The notes: generated by a model not told the origin, from the sequence alone. 64,000 nucleotides of DNA from an uncultured Thermoleophilia bacterium (GCA_963715985.1 CAVQSP010000011.1:320001-384000), one strand, 5' to 3'. Shown: positions 1-11,162, counted from the stretch's first letter. Translations and numbers: made by a program.

Positions 1-650
1 GGCGCAACGGGCGCCATGCGCGCCGCCTCCGCGGCCGAAGGATCGCGATAGAAGGCGACGGACACGCCGCACACGACGAAGGCGAGTGCGGCGGCGAAGA
101 CGAAGCCGGCCTGCCAGCCGTAGGCCACAGCCAGGGCCGGCATGATCGCCGCCCCGAGCATGCCGCTGATGTTGACCGCCGACTGGTTCACTCCCACGGC
201 GGTGGCCCGCTCCTGCGGCGGGAACCACAGCATGATCGCCTTCACGGCCGTCGGGTAGATGAACCCGCAGCCCAGCCCCGACGAGGCGAGGAGGAGGAGC
301 ATCGTGCCGTAGCTGGGCGCCAGAGCCACGGCGCCGATGCACACGCCCGTGACGAGCGTGCCGATCAGCAGCGCCCGGCGGACCCCGATGCGGTCCACGA
401 GCCAGCCCGCGAAGATCAGCGTGGGGGCGTAGGCGACGGCCGTGGCGCTGGTAAGGCCGCCGATCTGCGCGTTGTTCAGATCGAAGGCGCTCTTGAGGAA
501 CGGCGCCAGCGGTCCCACACAGAGCCGCGACAGGAACACGATCAGGTACGCGCTCCAGACGACCGCGAGCGCGACGAAGCGGTAGCGGGAGAGCCTCAGG
601 GAGCCGCCCGGGGCGGCCGTGACCGCGGTTGTGGCCGGCGCGGAGGGCAT
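1..650 (-). CDS. MFS transporter (N-terminal part; runs off window start)
   Basis: Manual translation from ATG at 650: MPSAPATT...RYRFVALAVVWSAYLIVFLSRLCVGPLAPFLKSAFDL...; MFS motif A-like GWLVDRIGVRR; many hydrophobic helices. Confidence 0.85.
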   Translation of the reverse strand, partial: MPSAPATTAVTAAPGGSLRLSRYRFVALAVVWSAYLIVFLSRLCVGPLAPFLKSAFDLNNAQIGGLTSATAVAYAPTLIFAGWLVDRIGVRRALLIGTLVTGVCIGAVALAPSYGTMLLLLASSGLGCGFIYPTAVKAIMLWFPPQERATAVGVNQSAVNISGMLGAAIMPALAVAYGWQAGFVFAAALAFVVCGVSVAFYRDPSAAEAARMAPVA

Positions 651-710
651 CACGTCCCGATTCTATCGGCTCGCGGACCGGCGCCGCGCCGGCGGCCGGA
701 ACATCTTGTA

Positions 711-748
711 TGTGCGATACCTCAGTGATATCATATCGGTATCGCACA
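711..748. promoter_or_regulatory. Nested palindromic operator upstream of the SPFH-RHH operon
   Basis: TGTGCGATACC (711-721) and GGTATCGCACA (738-748) are perfect inverted repeats, concentric with a central TGATATCA (726-733). Confidence 0.7.
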
Positions 749-819
749 GAAGGGTCCCGTCGCGGCACCTGGGCGAGCAAGGGGCTCGCCGGCGCGGCGG
801 CCCGACGGAGGTGGGAGTC

Positions 820-1857
820 ATGAGCGCGGGCATCGCCAAGGTCCCGACAGGGGAGCACGAGAAGCGGGTGTTGAACGGCTGGGGGATGCTCGTCGTGGCC
901 ATCGCCCTGTATGTCGCCACGCCTGTGCTCGTCGTCTACGCGTTCCTCAGCGGCACGACGACGTCGAGCGGGAGTGCGCAACCGGTCTGGTGGATGTTCA
1001 TCGCCGGCATGGTCGCGCTCGGTGTGGCGATCCTCCTCTCCCCCGGCTTCTTCACGCTGCAGCCCAACGAGGCACGCGTGCTCATCCTCTTCGGCAGTTA
1101 CAAAGGCACCTGCAAACAGGGCGGCTTCCACTGGGGCAACCCTTTCTATGCCAACGGACCCACCGGGCAGACCGGCGGCACTTCGGTCTGGACGCAGAGC
1201 AAGAACAAGGGTGAGGGCGAGGCCGCCCAGAAGGCCCCCAAGAAGCTCAAGCGCTACAAGATCAGCCTGCGCGCGCGCACGCTCAACGGCGAGAGGCTCA
1301 AGGTGAACGACAAGCGCGGCAATCCCGTGGACATCGCCGCCGTCGTGGTCTGGCGCGTGGAGGACACGGCGAAGGCGGTCTTCGACGTGGACGACTACGA
1401 GTCGTACGTGGCCACGCAGAGCGAGACGGCGGTGCGGCACCTCGCCAGCACCTACCCCTACGACTCGGGCGAGACGTTCGCCGACACGCCCGACGAGACC
1501 ACCCTGCGCGGCAACGTCGACGAGGTCTCGGAGGCGCTGCGCGTGGAGCTCGGCGAGCGTCTCGCGCAGGCCGGCGTCACCGTGGAGCAGGCGCGTCTCA
1601 CGCACCTCGCGTACACGCCCGAGATCGCCCAGGCGATGCTCCGCCGCCAGCAGGCGGAGGCCGTCATCGCCGCGCGCCGCAAGATCGTCACCGGCGCCGT
1701 GAGCATGGTCGAGATGGCACTGAACGACTTCACCGCGCACGGCACCGTGGCGTTCGACGACGAGCGCAAGGCGGCCATGGTGAGCAACCTGATGGTCGTC
1801 CTCTGCGGCGAGAGTCAGGTCACCCCGGTCGTGAACACCGGCACCCTGTACACGTGA
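820..1857 (+). CDS. SPFH/band-7 domain membrane protein
   Basis: ATG at 820 after GGAG; two N-terminal TM helices; [50 protein letters not shown] motifs. Confidence 0.92.
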   Translation: MSAGIAKVPTGEHEKRVLNGWGMLVVAIALYVATPVLVVYAFLSGTTTSSGSAQPVWWMFIAGMVALGVAILLSPGFFTLQPNEARVLILFGSYKGTCKQGGFHWGNPFYANGPTGQTGGTSVWTQSKNKGEGEAAQKAPKKLKRYKISLRARTLNGERLKVNDKRGNPVDIAAVVVWRVEDTAKAVFDVDDYESYVATQSETAVRHLASTYPYDSGETFADTPDETTLRGNVDEVSEALRVELGERLAQAGVTVEQARLTHLAYTPEIAQAMLRRQQAEAVIAARRKIVTGAVSMVEMALNDFTAHGTVAFDDERKAAMVSNLMVVLCGESQVTPVVNTGTLYT

Positions 1858-1883
1858 GGCAGGCGGCGGAAGGACGCTGACCC

Positions 1884-2072
1884 GTGGCCGCGCGCAAGCA
1901 GTTCCTGCTGCGCATCGACCCGGAGGTGTGGGCCGACGTGGAGAAGTGGGCCGCGGACGAGCTGCGCAGCGTCAACGCACAGGTCGAGTACCTGCTGCGC
2001 GAGGCGGTCAGGAAGCACAAGGGCGGCGCGGCGGCTGCAGCCGCCGCGCCGCCCCCCGCACCCGACGCCTGA
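1884..2072 (+). CDS. Arc/ribbon-helix-helix DNA-binding protein
   Basis: [12 protein letters not shown]...[20 protein letters not shown]; typical partner gene of this SPFH subfamily; AAGGA RBS. Confidence 0.85.
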   Translation: MAARKQFLLRIDPEVWADVEKWAADELRSVNAQVEYLLREAVRKHKGGAAAAAAAPPPAPDA

Positions 2073-2081
2073 GGCGGTCCT

Positions 2082-4200
2082 TCAGCGCCGCTTCCTCGGC
2101 TTCCTACGCTCTGCCGGCGGCATCGTGCCGAGCTGCCTATGCGCGCGCGAGCGCGCCCCGATGTCGATGCGGCCGCGTCCGAAGGCATCCACGCGGCCCC
2201 AGCGCCCCGGGATGTCCAGGAGCTCGAGCCGGCCGATACCCTGCGGGAGCGCCGGGTCGACGACGAGATGCTCGTCCAGGGGCTCGAGTCCGAGCATGGT
2301 GCGCAGAAGGAGCAGCGGCGTCCCGGTGGACCAGGCCTGCGGGCTGCACGACGTGGGGTACTGCACCGGGTACTTGGTGACCTCGCGCGCGTAGCCGCCG
2401 AACGCCTCCGGCAGGCGGCCCTGGAAGAAGTTGGCCGCGTCCAGGATGCCGGCGGCGATGCGCGCCGCCTCCTCCTTGAAGCCGTAGCGGCGCAGTCCCC
2501 AGGCGATGATGGAGTTGTCGAACGGCCACACGGTGCCGACGTGGTAGCCGATGGGGTTGTAGCGTGCCTCCCCCTCGGCCAGCGTGCGCACGCCCCAGCC
2601 CGAGTACATGCGCGGGCTCATGAGGTGGCTGGCCACCGCCCTGGCCCGGCGCTTGTCGACGATGCCGCTCCAGAGCAGGTGCCCGATGTTGGAGGCGAGA
2701 GCGTCCACCTGGCCGCCGTCCACGTCCAGGGCGATGGCGTAGTAGCCGCCCTCCTCCACCCAGAAGTCGCGGTTGAAGCGGCGCTTGAGACCGGCGGCCT
2801 CGTCCTCGAGCCTGTCGGCGAAGGCCGGGTCCTTCCAGACGAGGCGCGCAAGGCGCGCCCCACGCACCTTGGCGTCGTAGGCGTAGCCCTGCAGCTCGCA
2901 GGTGGCACGCGGAAAACCGGGCAGGCGGCCGTCGTGGTAGGAGATCGAGTCCCACGAGTCCTTCCAGCATTGGTTCTCAAGGCCGGTCTGCTCGTTGCGG
3001 CGTTTGTACGAGATGTAGCCGTTGTGCTGGAGGTCGGCGTACTCGTCGATCCAGGTCCAGGGCGGCGCGCGCCTCGTACTCGAGGTCGCGCACCAGCTTC
3101 GTGTCCCCCGTCCAGCGCTCGTACTCGTCGAGCAGCACGACGAACAGCGGGGTCGCGTCCACGGAGCCGTAGTACGGCGAGTGGGGACGCTCCTCGAACG
3201 CCGTCATCTCGCCGTAGCGCATCTCGTGCAGGATGCGCCCCGGGTCCTCGTCGCGGAAGTCGTCGAGGCGGCTCCCCTGACGCTCGCCGAGCTCGCGCAG
3301 CGTGGTCGCCGCCAGCTCCGGCGCGAACGGCAGCGCCTGCAGGCTGGTGAAGATGCTGTCGCGCCCGAACATCGTCATGAACCAGGGCAGCCCGGCGGCC
3401 GGCAGGCTGCGGCCGCCGGACGTGCGCGGCGAGAAGCGCAGGGCCGCCATGTCGACCAGACTGCGCTGGTAGATCATCTTGAGCCAGTCCCAGTCCGACT
3501 CCAGGGTGGGCGCGTCCTCGAGCCACTTCTCCAGGTCGCGCGCCTGGTCCGGCCGGGCACGCTTGTTGTGACGCTCGTACTTGGGGCTCAGGCGCACCTC
3601 GCCCCAGGCGGCGTTGGCCGTGACCACGTGCAGGTCGGTGGTCCACTCCCCGGCCGGCTCGACGTGGACCTTGAAGGTGAGCCCGTCCTCGTCGATGACA
3701 CAGGGCTCCGTTGCCTCGATACGCGTCTCGCGGGCGAAGGTCTCCCGCTCGTACCCCAGCACCAGCGTCTCACCTTCCACGCGGCGATAGTAGGCGCCCT
3801 TCTTCTGCAGGGCGTCCTTGACCTCGAACAGGTCGGCGAAGTCGCTGCCGGCCTCGACCCGCACGGTGAGGTCGACCGGCTTCTCGTCGTGGTTGAGGAA
3901 CGTGAGCTCCTCGTGGAAGCCGTCGCCCACGGCCCGCTGGCGGATCACCGAGAGCTTGGCGTCGATGTACACGGTCCCCGTGCCGGGCACCAGGAAGAAG
4001 CGGGTCTCGAAGTACTGCAGGTCGTCCACCGAGAGGGCGTTGAGGCGCTGGCCGTCGACGGTCAGCACCCACCGGGAGAGAAAGCGCGTGTCGAAGGAGA
4101 ACAGCCCGGTGGGGTCGCTGAGCGACGCTTCGATGTCGCCGCGGGAGTCGCTCACCACGAAGGTGTTGCCCTCGAGGATCTTGACGAGGTCGGCGCTCAT
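2082..4200 (-). CDS. Glycogen debranching-type amylo-alpha-1,6-glucosidase family protein (one frameshift near 3054)
   Basis: AAGLPWFMTMFGRDS, EDPGRILHEMR, YYGSVDATPLF in one frame; NQCWKDSWDS, YHVGTVWPFDNS, SCSPQAWS in another; one extra C at ...CTGGAC[C]TGGATC... separates them. Confidence 0.85.
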
Positions 4201-4577
4201 GACGTCCTCCTCGCGTAGCCGGCCGCCTCGCGCTGCTCGCGATCGCCGGGCGGCCCCGGGAAGAGCCGCTGGAACATGATCATCAGAGAGAGGTCGCCCT
4301 GCCCGTCCATCACGCCGCGCAGCGCGGACGCCATGGCGTTGGCCGTGCCGCACACCAGACGGTCGAAGAGCTCGCGACGGCAGGCGACGGTGCAGTCGGC
4401 CGACGCATGCTCGCGGGAGACGGTGAGTGCGCCTTTCCTGATCGTGACGTACCAGTGCGCGAACTGCCCGTCTTCTCCCAGGAGATCGAAGCGGATGGTG
4501 CCGGAAGTCCTTCTCAGCAGCGGCTGCTCGCCGCGCGCCGCCAGCGCCTCGAAGAAGTCGGTCGTGGGATCGCTCAT
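4197..4577 (-). CDS. SCP2 sterol/lipid-binding domain protein
   Basis: SGTIRFDL...WYVTIRKG...ADCTV...LFDRL..G..NAMASALRG pattern; ATGA overlap with the glycosidase. Confidence 0.8.
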   Translation of the reverse strand: MSDPTTDFFEALAARGEQPLLRRTSGTIRFDLLGEDGQFAHWYVTIRKGALTVSREHASADCTVACRRELFDRLVCGTANAMASALRGVMDGQGDLSLMIMFQRLFPGPPGDREQREAAGYARRTS

Positions 4578-4602
4578 GTCGCGGCCTCCCCGCGGTCCGT
4601 GC

Positions 4603-5373
4603 TCACAGGCCCTTGTTGAAGTACGTCATGCCGCCGTCGATGACGTAGGTGGCGCCGGTCACGTAGGCGGCCTCGTCTGAGGCGAGGAAGACGGCGAGCC
4701 CCGCCACTTCGTCGGGCTCGCCGAGCCGGCCGGCCGGGATCACCGCCTGCAACTCGTGCAGCAGCTCGCCGTCGCCGAGGGTGCGCTTGTTGATGGGGGT
4801 GGCGATCGCGCCCGGGGCGATGTCGTTGACGGTGATGCCGTACGGCGCCAGCTCCTGGCAGACGGTGCGTGTGAACATGCGCATGCCGCCCTTGGACGCG
4901 GTGTAGGTGGTGTAGTTCAGAAAGGCGACGTCCTCGTGGATCGAGGAGACGTTGATGATGCGCCCGCCCGCGCCGCGCTCCACCATGTGGCGGGCGGCCG
5001 TCTGTGCGGCGAAGAAGGCGCCCTTGAGGTTGACGCCGAGCACGAGGTCGTAGTGCCGCTCGCTCACCTCGAGGAAGGGCTCGCGCACCTCCACGCCGGC
5101 GTTGTTCACGAGGATGTCCAGATGGCCCAGGGCCTCGACGGCGGCGGTCACGAGGCCCTGGGCCTCCGCCGCAACCCCCACGTCGGCGCCCAGCGCCACG
5201 CTCGTCCTGCCCATGGCGGTGATCTGCGCCACCACCGCGTGGGCCTCGTCGGCCTCCCTGTGGTAGTGCACCACCACGTCGGCGCCCTCGCGCGCGTAGC
5301 GCAGGGCGATGGCCTCGCCGATGCCGCTCGAACTGCCGGTGACCAGCGCCTTCTTGCCCTCGAGCCTCATCAT
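4603..5373 (-). CDS. SDR oxidoreductase, glucose 1-dehydrogenase-like
   Basis: TGSSSGIG, ILVNNAG, SSIHE, YTASK, IAPGAIATPIN. Confidence 0.9.
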   Translation of the reverse strand: MMRLEGKKALVTGSSSGIGEAIALRYAREGADVVVHYHREADEAHAVVAQITAMGRTSVALGADVGVAAEAQGLVTAAVEALGHLDILVNNAGVEVREPFLEVSERHYDLVLGVNLKGAFFAAQTAARHMVERGAGGRIINVSSIHEDVAFLNYTTYTASKGGMRMFTRTVCQELAPYGITVNDIAPGAIATPINKRTLGDGELLHELQAVIPAGRLGEPDEVAGLAVFLASDEAAYVTGATYVIDGGMTYFNKGL

Positions 5374-5390
5374 CTGTCCTCTCTCGTCCT

Positions 5391-6414
5391 TCATCCTGCG
5401 AACGCGTGGGTGGGCAGACCGGCCACACCCACGTCCAGGCGGAAGAGCACGCCGGCCAGCGGCTGCTGCTGCAGCTCACGCTCGCTCAGGCTCTCCCGCC
5501 GCGTCGTCACGTAGAGGTCCCTCAGGTCGGGCCCGCCGAAGCAGCAGCTCGTGACCTTGGCCACGGGCAGCCCGACGCGCCCCATCAGCCGGCCTTCCGG
5601 CGAGTAGCGGTCCAGGCCCCACCCCCCGTGCAGCGCCACCCAGACGCAACCCTCGGCGTCCACGGCGAGGCCGTCGGGGACGCCGTCCCGGACCGGCACC
5701 GTGGCCAGCGGCCGCCGGTTGTCGATCGCGCCGGCGGCCGCGTGGTAGTCGAACACGTCGATGCGCCTCGTCGGGCTGTCGATGAAGTAGAAGCGGTCGC
5801 CGCCGGGGCTCCACCCCAGGCCGTTGGAGATCGACGTGCCGTCGAGCACCCTGGTGACCGTGAGGTCCGCGTCGATGCGGTACAGGCCGGCCGACGGCGT
5901 GCGCTCGTCGAGCGCCATGGTCCCGGCCCACAGCCTCCCCTCAGGGTCGCAGGCTGCGTCGTTGGTGCGGTTCTCCGGGCGGTCGGCCTCCAGGGGCACG
6001 AGGCGCGACAGCTTGCGCCCGTCCACCTCGTAGAAGCCGTCGGGGAGCCCGAGGAGCGGATGGCCGGAGGCGCGGGGCAACGCGGCGCTCACGAGCTCGT
6101 CGAGCTGCACCCAGTCGTCACAGGCGCGCCGGGGTCGCGGGGGGGGGCGGGGGAGGGAGCGTTAGTGGGGTGGAACTGCAGTCGAGCAGAGAAGAGGATG
6201 GATGGAACGGGGCAGCGCGGCGATGGCGAGCTCGTCGAGATGACCCAGGTCACAGGCGCGCCCGGGGTCGTAGCGGTGCAGGCGGCGGCCGAGGATGTCC
6301 ACCCACAGCAGCGTGCCCGTCTGCGCGTCCCAGCGGGGACCCTCGCCCAGCTGCGCCGGCTGGTTCGACCGCGACATCGTACTCGCAGTGGATGCGGAGG
6401 CCGTCCACCTTCAC
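5391..6414 (-). pseudogene. SMP-30/gluconolactonase family protein, disrupted in this sequence
   Basis: LGEGPRWD...LLWVDILG at the N-terminus; RTNDAACDPEGRLWAGTM, ISNGLGWSP, PDGLAVDAEG at the C-terminus; frameshift near 6365 and a degenerate duplication (offset ~133 bp) around 6050-6270. Confidence 0.75.
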
Positions 6415-6482
6415 CTCCCGGCTACGTCGAAGATCTCGAACGGCGGCATGCCGCCGGCACTACCGCCGAAGATGACGCTCAT
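6411..6482 (-). CDS. 23-aa small ORF MSVIFGGSAGGMPPFEIFDVAGR
   Basis: Strong RBS GGGGAGG just upstream of the ATG; TGA overlaps (GTGA) the in-frame GTG start of the SMP-30 gene. Confidence 0.4.
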   Translation of the reverse strand: MSVIFGGSAGGMPPFEIFDVAGR

Positions 6483-6518
6483 GGTCCTCCCCTGCCTCGT
6501 CCCCGGGTCTGTGCGCCC

Positions 6519-6548
6519 AAGCTGCCAAGTGGCCGAAACGTTTGTCAA
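6519..6548 (-). promoter_or_regulatory. Putative promoter (TTGACA -35) overlapped by a LacI-type operator core
   Basis: Minus strand reads TTGACAAACGTTTCGG; AAACGTTT palindrome at 6536-6543; lies upstream of the sugar operon. Confidence 0.5.
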
Positions 6549-6632
6549 GAGACGTCTCCGCTGCACCCGACCGGCACACCGTTGGACGCGCGATCAGGGC
6601 GCTCGTAGGGGGCGGCCGGCCCGCTCGGGGGG

Positions 6633-8160
6633 TCAACCGTCCCGGCCGTCATGGACGGGCAGACGCCGCTGGAGGACCGCGAGGGCGTGCATCTGACGGC
6701 TCGTCGCCGGAAACAGCTCCCGGTAGAGACCGTACAGCTCGTCGTAGAGCGCGGCGGTCTCGGGGCGCGGCTCGATGGACTCGGCCTCTCTCACCCACGT
6801 CGTGTCCAGGTCGGCGGCGCCCACGGAAACGGCCGCGAGCAGGGCGTCGCCGACGGCTGCCCCGGCCGCCGCGCCCAGGCGGCGCTGCGGCAGCCCCGTG
6901 ATGTCGCTCACCACGTGCGGCCAGCCGCTGCGAGCGCCGCCCCCGGCCGCACGCAGGGCGCCGATGCGGGCGCCGGCCGCGGCCATGACCTCGAGGTTGT
7001 GCCGCACGGCGAAGCCCGTGCTCTCCACGAGCGCGCGCAGGATGTGACCGCGCCCGTGCTCCACCGTGAGGCCGAGCAGCAGACCTCTGGCCTCGGGGTC
7101 GAACAGCGGCGTGCGCTCACCGTTGAAGTACGGCAGCGCGAGGAGGCCGCCGGCCCCGGGGCCGGCGGCGGCGGCCTCCTCGAACAGCTGCTCCCACGGT
7201 ACGCCGCCGGCGACGTCGCGCAGCCAGGCCGCGAGGGCGCCGGCGGAGCCGATGCCGGCGGCGAGATTGCGCGTGCCGGGTGCGAAGGCGGTCGTGCTCC
7301 ACAGGCCCGGGTCAGGTGCAGCCGGCGTGTCCACCTCCGCCAGGAACATGGTGGTGCCGTACACCAGAAGGGCCTCGCCCGGCGCCCGGAGGCCCGAAGC
7401 CGCGACCTCCGCCCAGGAGTCGACGGTGCCTGAGGCGACCGGGATGCCCTGCGGCAGCCCGGTCGCCGCGGCCGCCTCCACACTCACCGTGCCCAGCACC
7501 TCGTGCGCCCACGCGAGCCGCGGCAGGGTCAGGCCCGGCGCCGCCACGGCCGCCCAGTCGTCCGCCCAGCGGTTCTCGTGCTCGTCGTAGAGAGGCCCGC
7601 ACTGGCTCGCCGAGTGGTGGTCGAGCACGTACTCGCCGGTGAGCCGGTGGACGAGCCACGATCCGGCCGTGAAGAAGCGCCGGGTCTGCTCCCAGGTGCG
7701 CGGCTCGTGGCGCGCCAGCCAGAGCAGCTTGGGGCCGGCGGACTGCGACGTCAGCGGCGACCCGCCGCGCGCCAGGACCTCCGCCGCGCCCAGGCGGGCC
7801 GTCGAGCTCCGCGATCTCGTCCCGGGCGCGCACGTCGATGCCGTACAGGATGGCCGGGCGCAACGGCCGCCCGTCCTCGCCGGCCACGACGACGCACGGC
7901 CCCAGCCCGCTCACGCCCACGGCGCGAACGGCTCCGGCGCCTCCCGGCGCCGCCGCCGTGAGCTCGCGCACGACGCTCACGAGGCCGGCCCACCAGTCCG
8001 TCTCCGGATCCTGCTCGGCCCAGCCGGAGCGAGGGTGGGTGATGCCGTGGACGCTCGCCGCTTCGCACAGCACGTGCCCGTGCGTATCCGCGAGCACGCC
8101 CTTGGTGCTCGACGAGCCGACGTCCACGCCGAGTAGCAGGCCGCTCACGGCAGCGGTCAC
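6633..8160 (-). CDS. FGGY-family carbohydrate kinase (xylulokinase-like; frameshift near 7803)
   Basis: LLGVDVGSSSTKG, WAEQDPE, RPAILYGIDVRA, then PVASGTVDS, YGTT, LPYFNGERTP, AAGGG in the shifted frame. Confidence 0.85.
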
Positions 8161-8527
8161 GCGCCCTCCCGTTCTCCGCCAGCCTTCGCGCCACGAGCGC
8201 TCCGAGGCGCCGCGAGCGCAGGCAGCCGCTCGAGATTGTCGCCGAACGGGACTGCGAGGAACGCCAAGCTCTCCGGCATGAGGGCCTCCGCGAGAACGCC
8301 GTGCCGACGTGTGCCGCGGGTCGCGGCCGCCGTCGAGTGCTGCGTACCCACTGCCGCGTCGCTGGAACCGCGCGGGGACCTGCGTCGGCAGGCGCCCGCG
8401 CGCCGCGACGCGTTCGCGCCCGCCCACGATTCGCCGGTGGCGGTCGCGGAGATGCTCCCGCATGAGAGTCGCCGGGCCGGAGCGCGCTGCTCCGCGCCGG
8501 CACCCCAGGACCCGAAGGAGGCCCGAC

Positions 8528-9211
8528 GTGGACGAGCTCGCGCCCCACATCTTCAGCTGGACGGCGCCGCATCCGGAGTACCGGCCGCGCGCCGAAGAGG
8601 TCATCAGCTACGCCCTGATCGACGACGGCGCGCTCGCTCTCGTCGACCCGCTGCTCCCGGCGGACGAGGAGCGCCGGGCGGCGCTGCTCGCCGAGCTCGA
8701 CGAGCTGGCCGGAGCGGCGCAGCGCCTGGAGCTCCTGGTCACCGTCCCTTACCACACACGCAGCAGCGAAGAGCTGTACGGGCGCTTCGCGGGGCCGTTG
8801 CCCGTGCGTCTGTGGGGGCACGCCCTCGTGCGCCGGCGCCTTGTGGCGGGCACGCCGCTCGAGGAGGTCCCGCACGGCGCCGCCGGCACCTGCGCGGACG
8901 TGGCCGGCGGCACGGCGCAGGCGTACACCATCGGCCGGCCGCGGCGCAGCGAGTACCCGCTCTACTTCCCCGCCCTGCGCGCCGTGGTCTTCGGCGACGC
9001 CGTGGTAGGGGCGGAGGGCGGCGTGAGGTTCTGGAACCTGAGCGCGGGCACCGGCGCGGACTGGTACCGCGACGTCTTCGCGCCCACGCTCGCGCCGCTG
9101 GCGGCGCGCGACGTGGAGTACGTGCTCGTCACCCATGGGCCCCCGGTGCTGAAGGACGGGCGGCGAGCGCTCGCCGAGTGCCTCGCCGCCCCACCGGTCG
9201 ACATGTACTGA
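8528..9211 (+). CDS. MBL-fold metallo-hydrolase-like protein
   Basis: AAGGAG RBS and GTG at 8528; ALVDP, TVPYHTRS, VFGDAV, VLVTHGPP (degenerate HxHxDH). Confidence 0.7.
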   Translation: MDELAPHIFSWTAPHPEYRPRAEEVISYALIDDGALALVDPLLPADEERRAALLAELDELAGAAQRLELLVTVPYHTRSSEELYGRFAGPLPVRLWGHALVRRRLVAGTPLEEVPHGAAGTCADVAGGTAQAYTIGRPRRSEYPLYFPALRAVVFGDAVVGAEGGVRFWNLSAGTGADWYRDVFAPTLAPLAARDVEYVLVTHGPPVLKDGRRALAECLAAPPVDMY

Positions 9212-9308
9212 ACCGAGCCGGGCCCGGCCGGCACTGCATCACGATGCCGGGCGCGACAGGCTCGGCCGGCGCCCGTCCGCTCCCCAGAGCCGGCCCGCGC
9301 CGCAGGGC

Positions 9309-11030
9309 TCAGCCGGCCGCGCGCTTCGCCTCCCGCCACTTGCGGTACTCGGAGCGCACGAGACTGCCGAAGAGCCAGCACACGCTCAGGAGGGCGGCGA
9401 GCAGCACGACCCGGGCGCCGAACTGCTCGAAGCGCGACAATCCGGGACGTCCCACAAGCAGCGCCGCCCCGAGGATCAGCGCGGAGACGATGAGCGCGTA
9501 CGCGATCAGAGAGAAACCCGCCTGCACACGCTCCATGAGCCCGGCGTACTCGGTCGGGCGCACGGAGATGCGGAACTCGCCCTCTCCGGCGCGCCGCAGC
9601 ACGCGGGTGGCCTGCACCGGCAGGTCGTCGAAGAAGCGCGCGTAGGCGCGCGCCGAGCGCAACGTCGCCTTGAAGATGCGGTCCGGGCCGAACTGCTGCG
9701 GGACGAGCTTCTTGGCGAAGGGCTTGGCGGCGTCGACCATGCGGAAGCCCGGGTCGATCTGCGCGGCGACACCGTCCAGCATGCCCAGCGTCGTCAGCAG
9801 CACCGTGAGCTCGGTGGGCAGGTGCAGCTGGTGTTCGCGGACAAGGGTGAGCAGCCGCTGCACCAGGTCGTCGAGGCCGCCCCCGGAACCCTGGCTGCGC
9901 CGGTACAGGGCGAGCAGGCGTCCCAGCTCCACTTCGAGCTTCGCCACGTCGACCTCCGGCGGCATGCCGGTCATGGCCAGTACGGCCTCGGTGGCCGCGC
10001 GCGGGTCTTCGTCGAACACGGCGAGGAGCATGTCGAACACCGCCTCGCGGTTGCGCCGCGACACTCTCGCCGTGCGGCCGAAGTCGACAAAGGCGATGCG
10101 CCCGTCGAGCAGAGCGAACAGGTTCCCGGCGTGCGGGTCGGCGTGGTAGAAGCCCAGCTCGAAGATCTGGCGGAAGTAGCTGGAGACGCCGAGCTCCACG
10201 AGGCGCTCGCGGTCCACGCCGGGAACGTCGCCCTCTTCAAGCTGCGTCGCCGGTACGCCGTCGATGAAGGTCATCGTGAGCACACGGCCAGAGGAGTGGT
10301 CCCAGAAGACCTCCGGGAAGACGATGGTCGTGTCGTCGGCGAAGGCGTCCCGGAAGCGGTCCATGGCCTGGCCTTCGTGCGTGTAGTCGAGCTCCGAGCG
10401 CAGCACGTCGGCGAACTCCTGCGTCAGCGCCGCCACGTCGTAATCCTTGCCCCACTGCGTGTGCGCGGTGACGCGCCGCCCCAGGTCCACGAGGATCTCG
10501 AGGTCGATCTCCATGGTCTCGGTGACGCCGGGGCGCTGGACCTTGACGGCCACCGGCGTGCCGTCGCGCAGCGTGGCCCGGTACACCTGGCCGATGCTCG
10601 CGGCGGCGATGGGGGTCGTGTCGAACGAAGCGTAGAGCTCCTCCACCGGCGCCCCGAGCTCCGTCTCCACCCGCGCGCGCATCTCCTCCCAGGACAGCGT
10701 GGGAACGTCGTCCTGCAGCTTGGCGAGCTCGACGGCGAGGTCCGGTGTCACGAGGTCGCGGCGCGTGGCCAGGACCTGCCCCATCTTGATGAACGCCGGG
10801 CCCAAACGCTCGAGCGCCCGGCGGATGCGCACGGCGCGGGGGAGGTCCTTCTCCTTGACCGAGGGGTCGTCCTCCATGGGCACGGCCCCCTCCGGAACGT
10901 GCTCCTCGAGGCCCGAGCCCTGCATGAGGTTGAAGACGCGCTCCTCCCAGAGCACCTTGGCGATCTCGCGGTAGCGCGCCCGGCGGCGGGCGCCGCGGCT
11001 GCCGGCGGGGTGCGCGTCCTGGTCCGTCAT
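9309..11030 (-). CDS. ABC1/AarF/UbiB-family protein kinase
   Basis: [45 protein letters not shown]; two C-terminal TM helices. Confidence 0.93.
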   Translation of the reverse strand: MTDQDAHPAGSRGARRRARYREIAKVLWEERVFNLMQGSGLEEHVPEGAVPMEDDPSVKEKDLPRAVRIRRALERLGPAFIKMGQVLATRRDLVTPDLAVELAKLQDDVPTLSWEEMRARVETELGAPVEELYASFDTTPIAAASIGQVYRATLRDGTPVAVKVQRPGVTETMEIDLEILVDLGRRVTAHTQWGKDYDVAALTQEFADVLRSELDYTHEGQAMDRFRDAFADDTTIVFPEVFWDHSSGRVLTMTFIDGVPATQLEEGDVPGVDRERLVELGVSSYFRQIFELGFYHADPHAGNLFALLDGRIAFVDFGRTARVSRRNREAVFDMLLAVFDEDPRAATEAVLAMTGMPPEVDVAKLEVELGRLLALYRRSQGSGGGLDDLVQRLLTLVREHQLHLPTELTVLLTTLGMLDGVAAQIDPGFRMVDAAKPFAKKLVPQQFGPDRIFKATLRSARAYARFFDDLPVQATRVLRRAGEGEFRISVRPTEYAGLMERVQAGFSLIAYALIVSALILGAALLVGRPGLSRFEQFGARVVLLAALLSVCWLFGSLVRSEYRKWREAKRAAG

Positions 11031-11123
11031 GCGTCCTCCCTTCGGCGGCGGGCAGCGCCCGCCGCACGAACCTGTCTGGGCAGGGTATTCCTCGCACCCG
11101 CGGCCCGTCCCTGCCGGAAGCGG

Positions 11124-11162
11124 CCACAGGCGACTTTCAGCGACTTCTCAGCGACTTCTCAG
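11124..11162 (+). promoter_or_regulatory. OmpR/PhoB-type direct-repeat array (four hexamers, 11-bp period)
   Basis: CCACAG 11124, TTTCAG 11135, TCTCAG 11146, TCTCAG 11157, upstream of the response regulator. Confidence 0.75.

Noticed and set aside
1884-2072. Toxin-antitoxin antitoxin
   Set aside because: RHH fold, but no adjacent toxin; fits the SPFH-associated regulator pattern.
8157-8351. 64-aa ORF overlapping the FGGY start
   Set aside because: No RBS or recognisable family; at most a gene remnant.
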